Part shown: one piece after another, positions 27,113 through 36,845 of the stretch
Layout of the letters: each line of letters begins with the position of its first letter
Position numbering within the stretch: position 1 is the stretch's first letter
Virus record (IMG/VR): IMGVR_UViG_3300036760_000945
Span: 1 to 64,000 of that record
Length of the DNA stretch: 64,000 nucleotides
Strand: one strand, 5' to 3'
Origin: a virus
Position numbers and translations under genes: made by a program
The notes under the pieces: generated by a model
Told to the model about the DNA's origin: nothing
The model's input: the letters and a program-made list of their open reading frames with translations, nothing else
Databases searched by the model: none

Positions 27113-30100
27113 CTAGCTCCTCAGCTCCTTCGTGACCGCATCGAGGACAAAGGAAGAGAGTTTCTCGTTGCCAATATAGATGTTCACAATCTGTGGCGCA
27201 CCGGCCTTCTTGCCGCCCATTGGAATATAGGATGAACCGCCAGCAATTGTTACGCCGACAGGGCGCTGGAAAAGATTATGAATACGTTTCAGACTCTCCC
27301 ATTCGCTGTGTGGAATTACACGGCCGCCGACGATGCCTTCAGTGCCCTGTTCGCCAACTTCGACTGCGCCACTAGCAAGACCTCGAAGAATACCACCTGC
27401 GGCTTTCATGCTTTCAAGGTTATGAGCCAATACTCCGCCAGCAAAATAGCTATGTGTCTCGTCATCCGTTCCGAAGTTATAGGACGGTACCTGTTCTCCG
27501 TTCCAGGAAAGATCTGTTACAACAACGTCTTTTCCATCTTTGTCCAGTAGCGCATCTCCAAGTCGTAAAGTCTTGGCATGTGCCCACTCGCCATTAATAG
27601 ACATTGGGTGTCCCGCTGTTACGCCAAGGTGCTTATTGATAGTAATATAGCCACAGTTGCTTTTAGCAGAGTGATGAAACACTTTATTGACCCTCGCATT
27701 TACCGGCTCGCGAGTCTTGATATTCATCGAGAGAACCATATCTCCAACCTGAACCTCTTCAATGGGTTTGGTCAAGCCGGCTACCATTGTTATCATTGTT
27801 CCTGCAATGAAGCATGGTGCATTTCCTTCACCTTCGCCATGCTCGGTTGTGACTCCTGGCATCCGTAGAAGTTGATCAATCCACTTTTTGAGAATAGGTA
27901 TAGAAGTGGACATGGCGGTTTGCCAATCCATTAGGGCATCGTCTGTCAATAGACTGAGTGCGCCCTTGGCATTATCGGCATAGATCTGGAACTTGACCAT
28001 TGCGTCGTTCAGATCTTTTTGCTGTTTGGCATAGAAGGCAGTAATACCAGCCGACTCTTTCTCGAGCGCCATCTGCTGGATATACTGTGCGCGTTCGAGC
28101 TTGGTCTGCTCTTCCTGGAGTATCTTGTTCTGCTGGTAATACTCGATGGACTTATCGAGTTGTTCCTGTTGCATCTTTAGATTCTCTTTGAACTGTTTGT
28201 TCTGAAGAGCAAAACGCTGATCTTCAAGTTTCCAGAGTTCCTTCTGCCTATTCTTTTGTTTATCGATCTGCTCACCTTCAAGATCGTGCATAATTGTCTC
28301 GCGGCCCATTTGCCGTTCTGCAAGTTTGCGTTCACGCCCAGTCATGAAACGGATATTTTCGGCGTAGTCTTCCTGGCGCCAGCCCCACTGAAGTTCGCGT
28401 GTTTGGGTCTGATAGCCCCAGTCTTGCTGTGTCCAGCCGCGTTGCATTTGCGTACCGCGTTGATTGAGTGCCATGTTCTCCTGGAACTGCTGCGCGCCAA
28501 GGTTCATGCCTCTCTGCTGAAAACCGAATTGCCATCCCTGTTGTTGATAACCAAGTGCGCGTTGTGCGTCCTGCAGACCCCAAGTACCGCCCTGGTACAA
28601 CGGCCCAAACGGCTGCCCGGTCTGTGGATTGATTGTACCCGCATATTGTTGTATGCCAACGCCGGTCGTAAAGGCCAGATTCTGATTTACACGTTTCATC
28701 GCCAGGCCAGCAGAGGCCATTGCCTGATTGTACTGAGACTGGTTCTGCATGAACTGTAGTGCATACTGGCCACCAATATTGCCAATTGTTTCACCGCTGG
28801 CAAGTGTCATTGGCCCACCAGGAATTGCAATACCACCAGCCATGCCAGCAATGAAGGGTGCAGCCAGGCCGGTAGAGGTTTGCCAGTTTCTACCCCAGAT
28901 CTGTTGTGCAGTCTGGAGTCCAGTCTGGCCAACCTGTGCCAAACTACTCTGTCCCCAATTCAAACCTGTTGGCTGGTTGGTCCCCATACGTATATCGGTC
29001 AAGGCCATATTGTTAATACCCATAGTCTGGCCAGTGATCATGGGGAAGCGCTGGGCCATCAACTGTGGCGATATTCCGCCCGTTGCAGCAAGTGCAGCAA
29101 CTGCAGTTGGTTGTGCATTATACAACTGGTTATAGAACCATTCCTGGCCTTTGGGCATTGCACCAGAAGTGAACTGTTGATATAACTGGTTGCCGAGTGC
29201 AGGACGGTTAAATTGATAGGCTTGCTGTTGTAACTGCGCACCAATACCAATGCGATAATTGGCCTGAGCCTCCTGGGCACTCCAAGTCGCAGTCTGGCGA
29301 GCTGCTTCTTCTGGCAACATAGCGACAGCCTCACCACCAGATATATATTCTGTCTGAAGAGGTGCGGGAGTCCTAGTTAGACCTGCTGCGCGTTGTGCCA
29401 TCCATGCAGAGTAACGCGCCTTATAAACATCTCCAGCGGGTTTATTGTAAAGAATACCATTGGCTATTTGGTTATCCAGATACTTTTTCATATCTGTGTC
29501 TGTTCGAAGTTGACTTGCCGTTGTGACATTTCCAGGAAGCCACGCTGCAGCTGCACCAAAACCACTCGTGTATTGTCCACCAAGTCCCAATAGTGCTTGT
29601 TGGTTTGCAGTTGGATAGTTTTTACTAATATAGTTGGCCAGAGCACCCTGAACTGTAGTGGTTACCCCGGGAATAAGTGCAGTCCCTGCCGTTGTTTGTC
29701 CAAGAGCAGGCGGTCCCTGCAGGGTTCCATAAAGAGGAGCTGCCGCAAATGCACCTGCACCCATACCAGAGGCAGACAAAATACCTGCTGCCAGTTCACC
29801 TGGTTGCATACCTTGTTGATATTGTTCAGCAAAGCGCTGCCAATAACTCTGCGGAAGGTTTTGGTTTGAAACCAGAGTAAATGCTTTGGCAATTGCATCA
29901 GGAGCCAGATCTGTTCTTTGGCCCTGAGCGATCTGCATTGTTGTAGAAAGTGCTTTAACATATTGAGTTGTTCCAGGAAGAGTGCCAGCAAGTTGCCACA
30001 TTTGTGCATTGGGCTGTCCTGACATCATCTGGCGTAGAACTGTCCATTTCGCTGTTTCTTTATCCTGATCGGTACCACCTAGGCCAGCAGCAATACCTGT

Positions 30101-33100
30101 CGTAGAAAAAACAGTCAGGAAATTCTGCAGGGAGGCATATGCCCCACCAGTAGCAGCAACCTTTGACATTTGGTAGGCCACGGTTTCGGGGGCTTGCATT
30201 TTTTGATAAGTTTGTGCAGCTATATTAAGTCCTGCAACGCCCGCAGCAAGCGCAATTGCACCGGGGCCCTTTGCAAAACTCATCATCCCCGTACCTTCAC
30301 CTGCCCACTGGCCAAATTGTTGAGTAATAGCATAGGCACCAAGCCCAGCTACTCCCGTAGAAGTAATGTCGGATAGTAATGGGTTTTGCGCTATTATCAT
30401 CTTTCCAGCAGTTACTGGGTTGACCTGGGCACCATAAAGTGCAGTTATATTCTGTGCTGCACGTAATTGGTTATAGGGCACATAAGCAGCTCCACCTGCT
30501 TGCGAGGCAGCACCAGCAAAGGTATCTTGCATTGCCAACGCTTCTTGTTGACCCTGTCCTACACCACCCGTTATCATCCCCGCAATACGGGCCATGTACA
30601 TCATGCCCCAGCCCCCTAGCGCTCTCCTTAGAAAGGATCCTCTAAACAACTGTGGGGTACCGGTTATATCCTCCTGAAGTTCGCCCTCTTGCCTACCAAG
30701 ACGACCCAATTCGCCTTCTGCTCTGCGTATCTTGCTGGGTAGACCAGGTTCTACTGCACCGGCTCTATATTGTTCACGATAACCAGCAAGTTCTGCTGTT
30801 ACTGTTGCCCTTTGCTGCTGTACTTCAGCAAGTCTTATTTGCCGCTCAGAATTCTCATACTGCTTGAGTTCGGCCTTGTTCATATTTTCAAGAGAACCGC
30901 CGGCCTTATCGAGTAAACCTTTCTGTCTCTCCATTAACTGGTTATATTTCTCGACAGACTCTATTGGCAACTGGATCAGCTCTTTGGCGCCCGCGCCACG
31001 TCCGCGGCCAGCACCGCCAGTAGTACCCAAGTCCTCACTTCTACCAAGAATTGGGGAGCCAAACACACCCAGTTGCTGAAGTGCATCATAGGTCGCGCCG
31101 CCGGCTACAGCACCAGCCCGCAACATTTCATATTCTGCACCGGCACCCAGGCCCAGTTTCTCTGTAGCATATTTGAAAGCGCGTTGCACCTGTGGTGCAT
31201 TTGCGCCAATGCCCTTAAGCAGTTTCTGCACAGGGGCAATAGCAGCGCCAAACTGCTCAGGGGCATTCTCCAGGGCCCAGCCAATACGTTGGTACATCTC
31301 TCCTGCAGGTGCACCAAGTTGAGTTAAAACACCCTCAATGCCAGCCCGCATAGGTTCAAGATATGGCCTGGCGCCCTGTAACCACGCTACAGTAGCTTGA
31401 TAGTCACGCGAACTCATATAGGGAGGTTCTTGTAGTTCTCCAAAGGAACTCCATCCTCTGCCACCCCCACCGCCTCTACTTCCACCCGCGCCTCCACCCT
31501 GACCGCCACGCCAACCGCCGCCGCTCGGCGGTCTATTGCCGCCGCCGGCCATCATTCGAAGATCGGCTTCTCTTTGTTGGGCCCGCGCCGATGGAATATC
31601 TTGCTCTCTGCGGAAGCGCTGATAGGCCTCAGCATCCATTTTCGTCTGCTCAGGCGTCTTTGTTGGATATTCAGTTGCCCTCTGTGGCGCACCTGTAACC
31701 GCAGTTGCCGCCTGGCGCTGGCGCTCAATCGCAGCCTCTATTTGCCGATTTAGCCCTTGGCTTTCTTCTACCTTGCCAGGATCAATTATATCGGTACCAG
31801 GAATAAATGTTGCAGTAAGTTTTGTTTTGAGAGAAGCAATTGTATCCTCTGCTACACCAAGAGGAATACCGGTGCCAGCAAGCATTGTTTCCCAGGGCGC
31901 TCGAGCGGCAGCAGGTAGAGTAGCCATGGCCGCTGTAATTTCATGTCCGCCAGGGATTTTGCCTGCCATAAGATTTGCAATTGTACCCGTGGCCTGCCAC
32001 TGCTTATAGAGTTCAGGGAACTTCTCTTGGAACTTCGCTCCAAGTTGGAGAGCGCCAGCCTTTGTCGTCGCCATGCCGCCGAGAGCAGTCATGATAGGTA
32101 GTCCCATCATTTCGCCGTAGCCCTGTTTCTCTAGTTGTTGCCACAGGACTTCTTTTCTACCGGCAATTGGTACACCCTGGAGTTGCTTGAGCAAACCCTC
32201 ATAGCCACTTGCAGGTGCAAACATACCCGCAAGCATCTCGCTTGCAATCGGGTAATACTCTTTGCCTTTCTCTACGATCGGACGTGTAGCAATATCGGCA
32301 ATGCCATGTAGAAAGTTAGAAACCCCGCCTGCGGCAGCGCCCTCGGCACCTAATACATATTTGCTCTTGTAGCGTCCACCAGCACCCAACACGCCAGCCA
32401 TTAGTTCGCCCTCGGGGGTAAACTTGGCACTACCAAGCAGAGAAGCAAAAGGTACGCCGCTCTTGCCTGTAAGCCACTTATCGAGACCTGTCTGGTAGGG
32501 CTGTATCAAGCTCTCTGATACATCTGCAATGGTTTTGGCAGAATAGCCAGCCATTTGCATTGCAGGATACATGGGATTGCGGATATTATAGGTCTGCCCC
32601 ATAGTTGCCTGTGAATACACTGCCATTTGGCGGTGCACAGCCTGTGCCTCTTTCATACCGCCCCATTGTAGATCATTGCCCTTGCCAAGAGGATCAACGC
32701 CCTGAATAACATCCTTCATCGCATTGAAGGTCGAGGACGATCTCTGGTAAATACCAACATCCTGGAAGCGTGCTTTTGCTATACCCGTGGCCTTTTCGGG
32801 GGTCAGGGCTGCATTTTCTTTCCAGAAATCCTCGGTTGCAAAAGTTTCTAGTTTGCCCTCTGGAGTTCTACGCAACATCTGAATTACCGTTGCGATATCC
32901 CTGTCCAGATCGCCCTGAGAGGCTTGCGTACCCGCGGCAAAACCAACAAAAGCGCCCCCTCTATTCTCGGGGTTTGCGAGTGCGGCAGCCGCGGCCTCAG
33001 AGCCAACGCGAGCCGCATATTCACCATAGCCAATTTCCCGCATGGCCAGAGAACTCTCCGCGCGCGAACCTACGGGAATACGGGTAAAGGTAGCTGCGAG

Positions 33101-36091
33101 TTTGCCAGATGTGGCAATAGTTTCATATTGCTGCCTGGCACCGGGCAGCTCGCTCTCCGCAAAACCAAGCCTGCGAAGCACCAGATCCCTTGTATCGGGA
33201 GCCATAAGCATTTCGTTTGTCTGTAATCCGGGCAGACTTGCATAACGCAATGTTGCGCCACTCGGTACTTCCCTGGAGGCGATCTCTTTATAGGCCTCGC
33301 CTCGCTCAGAGAAGTTCTGTTTGAAGAGATTATATAGACCTGCAATACCACCAAGGGCAGCAGTGCGAGAGCCGGCCTGCTCCGCTGCCACGGCAGCCCT
33401 AAGTGCCTTGAAATAAGTACGCCCACCACCGCCGATCTCGGTCCCAAGTGGTGCATACTGCAGTTCCTGCATTGCCCTGGGTGCCACAAGCGAAACACCT
33501 GTCCTTGGGAAATAAGGTACGCCAGCAGTCTCTCCGGCATCGCCAATAACACCACGAAAAGCCTCAAGGCGCTCACGAGAAGGCATGCCTCGAGTGCCCT
33601 CTAGGACTGCCGAGGCCCGTTGCAGCAACGCGGGCGTCATCTCGATCGCGTTTTCTGGTCTATAGCCTTGCCCAGCCGCGACAGACTTGGTTTGTGCATA
33701 GAAGCCAAAGGCCTGTTTCCAGGCGCCCTGCATTCTTGTAGCGTCGCCGGGCACAGTATTCAGTAGGCCTAACCACTTTGACATCTCCGGCCATTTCTGC
33801 GATAGGCCAGCACCAAGTTCCATATTTACACGTGCGCGACCGGCATACTCGGGTACCATGTAGTTCATTGTTCTTGCATAGGGTACAGCACCTGCAGCAG
33901 TCTGTGTTAGAAGTGGATACTCGGCGCGGTTTCCCTCTACATCAGCCAAGATGGAAGTTGCTATCTGACTAGGCGTACCACCCTCTGCAGAAGTAGAATA
34001 TCTCTGTCTTGCAGCCGCCTCAAGTTGTGCCTCGGTAGCATTCTTGAATTCCGGCATAGTGCGCAGAACCTCTTTGGCCTGCATCGTCATGAAGTTGATC
34101 ATGTCTGGTGAAGCACGATAAGAGAAGGAAGGATCTCGCACTAACCCAATCTCGTGTTCCCTTAGATGGCGAATATTCTCAGGAGACTCCGGCGTCACGC
34201 CCTTGAAGAAAACCGTATTGAAAATATCCGCAGCCGCCTCCATACCCGTACCCGTGAAGGGCACATCGCTCTTTCGGGTCTGTCTTTGCCAGTATTGCCC
34301 AAGGCGTTCAAGATCTAACTGCATACCACCGGCGCCCTCGGGGAAATTCTTCCCAACCCAGCGAGACAACCTGGCTGCTTCTGGCGTACCAGTCTTACCT
34401 GCATATTCCTGGAAGATATTGAGGATCTGCGAGCGGGACTGCGCTGCCATGATGCCCATAACGTCCATTATGCCGGCACCCTTGACCTCGCCATGTACGT
34501 CGGTCACTGGTAGGTTAAGACCGCCTTGCTGGACAGAAGCAGTTGTGCCGGCAGAGAAAGCACCGATTTTCTCCCCAAGTCCACGCGCCTTCGCGCCAAC
34601 ATCATAAGCCATGCCATAAGCAGAGAGGTTTACTGTACTGATGTTGGATCTGTTAATTATAAGATCGGGGTATTGTGCCTGGAGTTGTGCAACTAGAGGC
34701 TCGGTAGAAACTCCCTTCGCTACGGCCTTACCCGTTACCGGATCCCAGAAAGAGGGAATATTCAAGTAGGCGGCACGTACCTGGAAATTGCTAACAGAAC
34801 CAGCCACGCCCATGAACTTACTGGGTTCGCCCACCTCGGTTGGGCGTCCAATAATTTCCTCTTCACCCCTTGGTAGTCTGAACCTGCCAAGTGTCAAACC
34901 AGGACCGCCAGCAGGCACCGTTCTACCAACAAGTCCCTTCTGAATTGCCAGAGAGCCCGGCCCCTCACCAAGTAGGGTGCGTAAGTCCTCTACTGGAATA
35001 TCGGGAGAGACATAGCGGCGTTGAAAACCAAAAGTCAGATTCTCGGGGCGTGCAGGATTCTCATAACTTACTGCTGCACCGGGGATGCCCGTGGGTGCAA
35101 ACAGGGTTCTTCTAAGTTCACCAATGCGCCCCTCTTTCTCTCCGGGGTAGAGAATATTGGCTCTCGCAAGATATTGTTCTCCGCCCGGAGTAATAACCTC
35201 GGGCTTGATGGCCCTCAACATAGGCCGACCCGTAGAATAATCCATCACATAGGCATTGGCTTGCTGTGTGCCGAAGAAGAGAGAAGAGGATTTGAAGGTT
35301 TTCTCGGGCTCGCGTGGGCCGAGCATTTCCCTGGTCAGAACTGTTTGCTCGCCAGGCTGGCCCGCATAAGTACTTCTAACACCACCGGCACCACCAAAGG
35401 CCTGTGGCTCTAGCATCCCAGACTTGCCATACATGAGACCATATTTAGCCAGCTCGGTCCAAGTATATGGCTTGCCCTCTACGATTCTCCCTGAGAGAGA
35501 GGCAATCCTTGCCTCAATATCTTTCCCAACATTCCCAGGCACCCAGGGTGGTATATCTTCAGCCTTGCCAGTTGTACTCTCGAAAGCAAACTGAACACGC
35601 CCCTGCATTCTCTGTCTTTGTGCAGCGCCTTGTGGGTTCCAGACATCAAGATATGCAGGGGGGATACCCAACATAGTATCGCCATAGGACAACAGTCTAC
35701 TAAAGGCTTTCTCTGCTGTTTCCCCAGGCCGCTTTGTCCCAAATGCGCCAGAGACAGTCATTGCCAGGCGCTCCGCAGGAGAAAAGACCTGTGGTGTCTC
35801 AGCGTATTCTTCTGTCTTCGGATTTACGCGAAACTTGAAAAAGCCAGTTTCCACATAGGGTTGCTGGCCTGCTGTTTGCCTGCCGATAAGATAAGTCTGT
35901 CCTAGAGGCCCCCCATATCCTTCTGCAATATCCAAAGGCAGCGTTTCCCCACTACCGCTCATTGTGATAAAGTAACGTGGATATTTCTCTACAAGCTGCC
36001 GCGAAATAGCATATTCGCCGCCCAGCATACTCCGTAATCTGGCAGTGATCGGATCGTTCTCTTGGCTGGAGAATGGAACTCTAAGTGGCAT
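27113..36091 (-). CDS. tape measure protein with putative N-terminal two-barrel RNA polymerase domain and C-terminal Hint domain
   Basis: ~2990 aa after tail chaperones; Ala/Gly/Gln-rich coiled coils; C-terminal AAGG...VGEQGTE motif; GAKARGLGEK, FTRIP and QGDLDRD motifs; AGGAG RBS before ATG 36091. Confidence 0.85.
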   Translation of the reverse strand: MPLRVPFSSQENDPITARLRSMLGGEYAISRQLVEKYPRYFITMSGSGETLPLDIAEGYGGPLGQTYLIGRQTAGQQPYVETGFFKFRVNPKTEEYAETPQVFSPAERLAMTVSGAFGTKRPGETAEKAFSRLLSYGDTMLGIPPAYLDVWNPQGAAQRQRMQGRVQFAFESTTGKAEDIPPWVPGNVGKDIEARIASLSGRIVEGKPYTWTELAKYGLMYGKSGMLEPQAFGGAGGVRSTYAGQPGEQTVLTREMLGPREPEKTFKSSSLFFGTQQANAYVMDYSTGRPMLRAIKPEVITPGGEQYLARANILYPGEKEGRIGELRRTLFAPTGIPGAAVSYENPARPENLTFGFQRRYVSPDIPVEDLRTLLGEGPGSLAIQKGLVGRTVPAGGPGLTLGRFRLPRGEEEIIGRPTEVGEPSKFMGVAGSVSNFQVRAAYLNIPSFWDPVTGKAVAKGVSTEPLVAQLQAQYPDLIINRSNISTVNLSAYGMAYDVGAKARGLGEKIGAFSAGTTASVQQGGLNLPVTDVHGEVKGAGIMDVMGIMAAQSRSQILNIFQEYAGKTGTPEAARLSRWVGKNFPEGAGGMQLDLERLGQYWQRQTRKSDVPFTGTGMEAAADIFNTVFFKGVTPESPENIRHLREHEIGLVRDPSFSYRASPDMINFMTMQAKEVLRTMPEFKNATEAQLEAAARQRYSTSAEGGTPSQIATSILADVEGNRAEYPLLTQTAAGAVPYARTMNYMVPEYAGRARVNMELGAGLSQKWPEMSKWLGLLNTVPGDATRMQGAWKQAFGFYAQTKSVAAGQGYRPENAIEMTPALLQRASAVLEGTRGMPSRERLEAFRGVIGDAGETAGVPYFPRTGVSLVAPRAMQELQYAPLGTEIGGGGRTYFKALRAAVAAEQAGSRTAALGGIAGLYNLFKQNFSERGEAYKEIASREVPSGATLRYASLPGLQTNEMLMAPDTRDLVLRRLGFAESELPGARQQYETIATSGKLAATFTRIPVGSRAESSLAMREIGYGEYAARVGSEAAAAALANPENRGGAFVGFAAGTQASQGDLDRDIATVIQMLRRTPEGKLETFATEDFWKENAALTPEKATGIAKARFQDVGIYQRSSSTFNAMKDVIQGVDPLGKGNDLQWGGMKEAQAVHRQMAVYSQATMGQTYNIRNPMYPAMQMAGYSAKTIADVSESLIQPYQTGLDKWLTGKSGVPFASLLGSAKFTPEGELMAGVLGAGGRYKSKYVLGAEGAAAGGVSNFLHGIADIATRPIVEKGKEYYPIASEMLAGMFAPASGYEGLLKQLQGVPIAGRKEVLWQQLEKQGYGEMMGLPIMTALGGMATTKAGALQLGAKFQEKFPELYKQWQATGTIANLMAGKIPGGHEITAAMATLPAAARAPWETMLAGTGIPLGVAEDTIASLKTKLTATFIPGTDIIDPGKVEESQGLNRQIEAAIERQRQAATAVTGAPQRATEYPTKTPEQTKMDAEAYQRFRREQDIPSARAQQREADLRMMAGGGNRPPSGGGWRGGQGGGAGGSRGGGGGRGWSSFGELQEPPYMSSRDYQATVAWLQGARPYLEPMRAGIEGVLTQLGAPAGEMYQRIGWALENAPEQFGAAIAPVQKLLKGIGANAPQVQRAFKYATEKLGLGAGAEYEMLRAGAVAGGATYDALQQLGVFGSPILGRSEDLGTTGGAGRGRGAGAKELIQLPIESVEKYNQLMERQKGLLDKAGGSLENMNKAELKQYENSERQIRLAEVQQQRATVTAELAGYREQYRAGAVEPGLPSKIRRAEGELGRLGRQEGELQEDITGTPQLFRGSFLRRALGGWGMMYMARIAGMITGGVGQGQQEALAMQDTFAGAASQAGGAAYVPYNQLRAAQNITALYGAQVNPVTAGKMIIAQNPLLSDITSTGVAGLGAYAITQQFGQWAGEGTGMMSFAKGPGAIALAAGVAGLNIAAQTYQKMQAPETVAYQMSKVAATGGAYASLQNFLTVFSTTGIAAGLGGTDQDKETAKWTVLRQMMSGQPNAQMWQLAGTLPGTTQYVKALSTTMQIAQGQRTDLAPDAIAKAFTLVSNQNLPQSYWQRFAEQYQQGMQPGELAAGILSASGMGAGAFAAAPLYGTLQGPPALGQTTAGTALIPGVTTTVQGALANYISKNYPTANQQALLGLGGQYTSGFGAAAAWLPGNVTTASQLRTDTDMKKYLDNQIANGILYNKPAGDVYKARYSAWMAQRAAGLTRTPAPLQTEYISGGEAVAMLPEEAARQTATWSAQEAQANYRIGIGAQLQQQAYQFNRPALGNQLYQQFTSGAMPKGQEWFYNQLYNAQPTAVAALAATGGISPQLMAQRFPMITGQTMGINNMALTDIRMGTNQPTGLNWGQSSLAQVGQTGLQTAQQIWGRNWQTSTGLAAPFIAGMAGGIAIPGGPMTLASGETIGNIGGQYALQFMQNQSQYNQAMASAGLAMKRVNQNLAFTTGVGIQQYAGTINPQTGQPFGPLYQGGTWGLQDAQRALGYQQQGWQFGFQQRGMNLGAQQFQENMALNQRGTQMQRGWTQQDWGYQTQTRELQWGWRQEDYAENIRFMTGRERKLAERQMGRETIMHDLEGEQIDKQKNRQKELWKLEDQRFALQNKQFKENLKMQQEQLDKSIEYYQQNKILQEEQTKLERAQYIQQMALEKESAGITAFYAKQQKDLNDAMVKFQIYADNAKGALSLLTDDALMDWQTAMSTSIPILKKWIDQLLRMPGVTTEHGEGEGNAPCFIAGTMITMVAGLTKPIEEVQVGDMVLSMNIKTREPVNARVNKVFHHSAKSNCGYITINKHLGVTAGHPMSINGEWAHAKTLRLGDALLDKDGKDVVVTDLSWNGEQVPSYNFGTDDETHSYFAGGVLAHNLESMKAAGGILRGLASGAVEVGEQGTEGIVGGRVIPHSEWESLKRIHNLFQRPVGVTIAGGSSYIPMGGKKAGAPQIVNIYIGNEKLSSFVLDAVTKELRS
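27419..27814 (-). other. Hint auto-processing domain (132 aa, BIL-type; +1 residue is Leu)
   Basis: CFIAGTMI...IEEVQVGD...VTAGHP...LRLGD...YNF...YFAGGVLAHN/L. Confidence 0.9.
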
Positions 36092-36356
36092 TTGCAGAGG
36101 CTCCTGGTATACTTTCCATAATAGCAATTTGTTGTTCTATCACCGACCACTCCAAGAGCCAGATATGTGGTTGGTCGAGTACCCCACCGGCAACAAGTGG
36201 AAGGCCAGTAGATCTGCATCTTTCATACAAGGTCATAGCCTCAGGTTTTTCTGGGAAATCAACCTTGAGGCCTGCCTTCAGTTCATTGAGTAGACCATAA
36301 TATTCTCTAATCTCGTCTCGTAACTTCTCCAATTTCCCCGCGACTAGGCTTCCCCC
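36081..36356 (-). CDS. tail assembly chaperone, -1 frameshift extension (gpGT-like)
   Basis: Overlapping -1 frame ORF between chaperone and tape measure; LPLVAGGVLDQP motif. Confidence 0.75.
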   Translation of the reverse strand, partial: GGSLVAGKLEKLRDEIREYYGLLNELKAGLKVDFPEKPEAMTLYERCRSTGLPLVAGGVLDQPHIWLLEWSVIEQQIAIMESIPGASANAT

Positions 36357-36763
36357 ATCGGCCCAGCCCACAGAGGATTCATCTCGAGGACTTTATCGTG
36401 GATCTCTTCGGCGACTATTGGAGGAAGCCCCGCCCAGCCTCTCTTGAAGGAGGCCGGATCTACCTTGCCGTCCTTGAAGAAGAAGGTCGGCTTCCCATTA
36501 TCATTCTCGATATTGCAGCCCACCATTGTCAGCTCTACCTCTCTGCGATAGAGTTCCTCGGGGGAAAAGTGCTGAGATACAGTTAATTGGTCGCCATCGA
36601 AGACGCGGGTGAACTCCGACAGTAACGCATTGCGCACCTCACATTGGCCTTGAGTTGCCTGGCGGATACGGACAGTAGTATGATCATCCTTGACATCATA
36701 TTCTTTGTCCGTCTTCTCGAGGATGAAGTCTTTCTCGATTGGTGCAGTTAGTTTTAGTGCCAT
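36344..36763 (-). CDS. tail assembly chaperone (gpG-like)
   Basis: Between tail tube and tape measure; AGGAG RBS. Confidence 0.8.
   Translation of the reverse strand: MALKLTAPIEKDFILEKTDKEYDVKDDHTTVRIRQATQGQCEVRNALLSEFTRVFDGDQLTVSQHFSPEELYRREVELTMVGCNIENDNGKPTFFFKDGKVDPASFKRGWAGLPPIVAEEIHDKVLEMNPLWAGPMGEA
36350..36356 (-). other. programmed -1 frameshift slippery site GGGGGAA
   Basis: ATG GGG GAA GCC TAG at the end of the chaperone; -1 frame stays open. Confidence 0.75.
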
Positions 36764-36785
36764 TTGTTTCTCCTATAAGGCTATG

Positions 36786-36821
36786 GAGGGGGGGCAAGAT
36801 ATTGGTGCCATGCCCCCCCTC
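36786..36821 (-). terminator. GC-rich stem-loop after major tail gene (attenuator or mRNA stabiliser)
   Basis: GAGGGGGGGCA...TGCCCCCCCTC inverted repeat; no U tract. Confidence 0.5.
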
Positions 36822-36845
36822 TCTTGGGTTATCTATTTATCGTGC

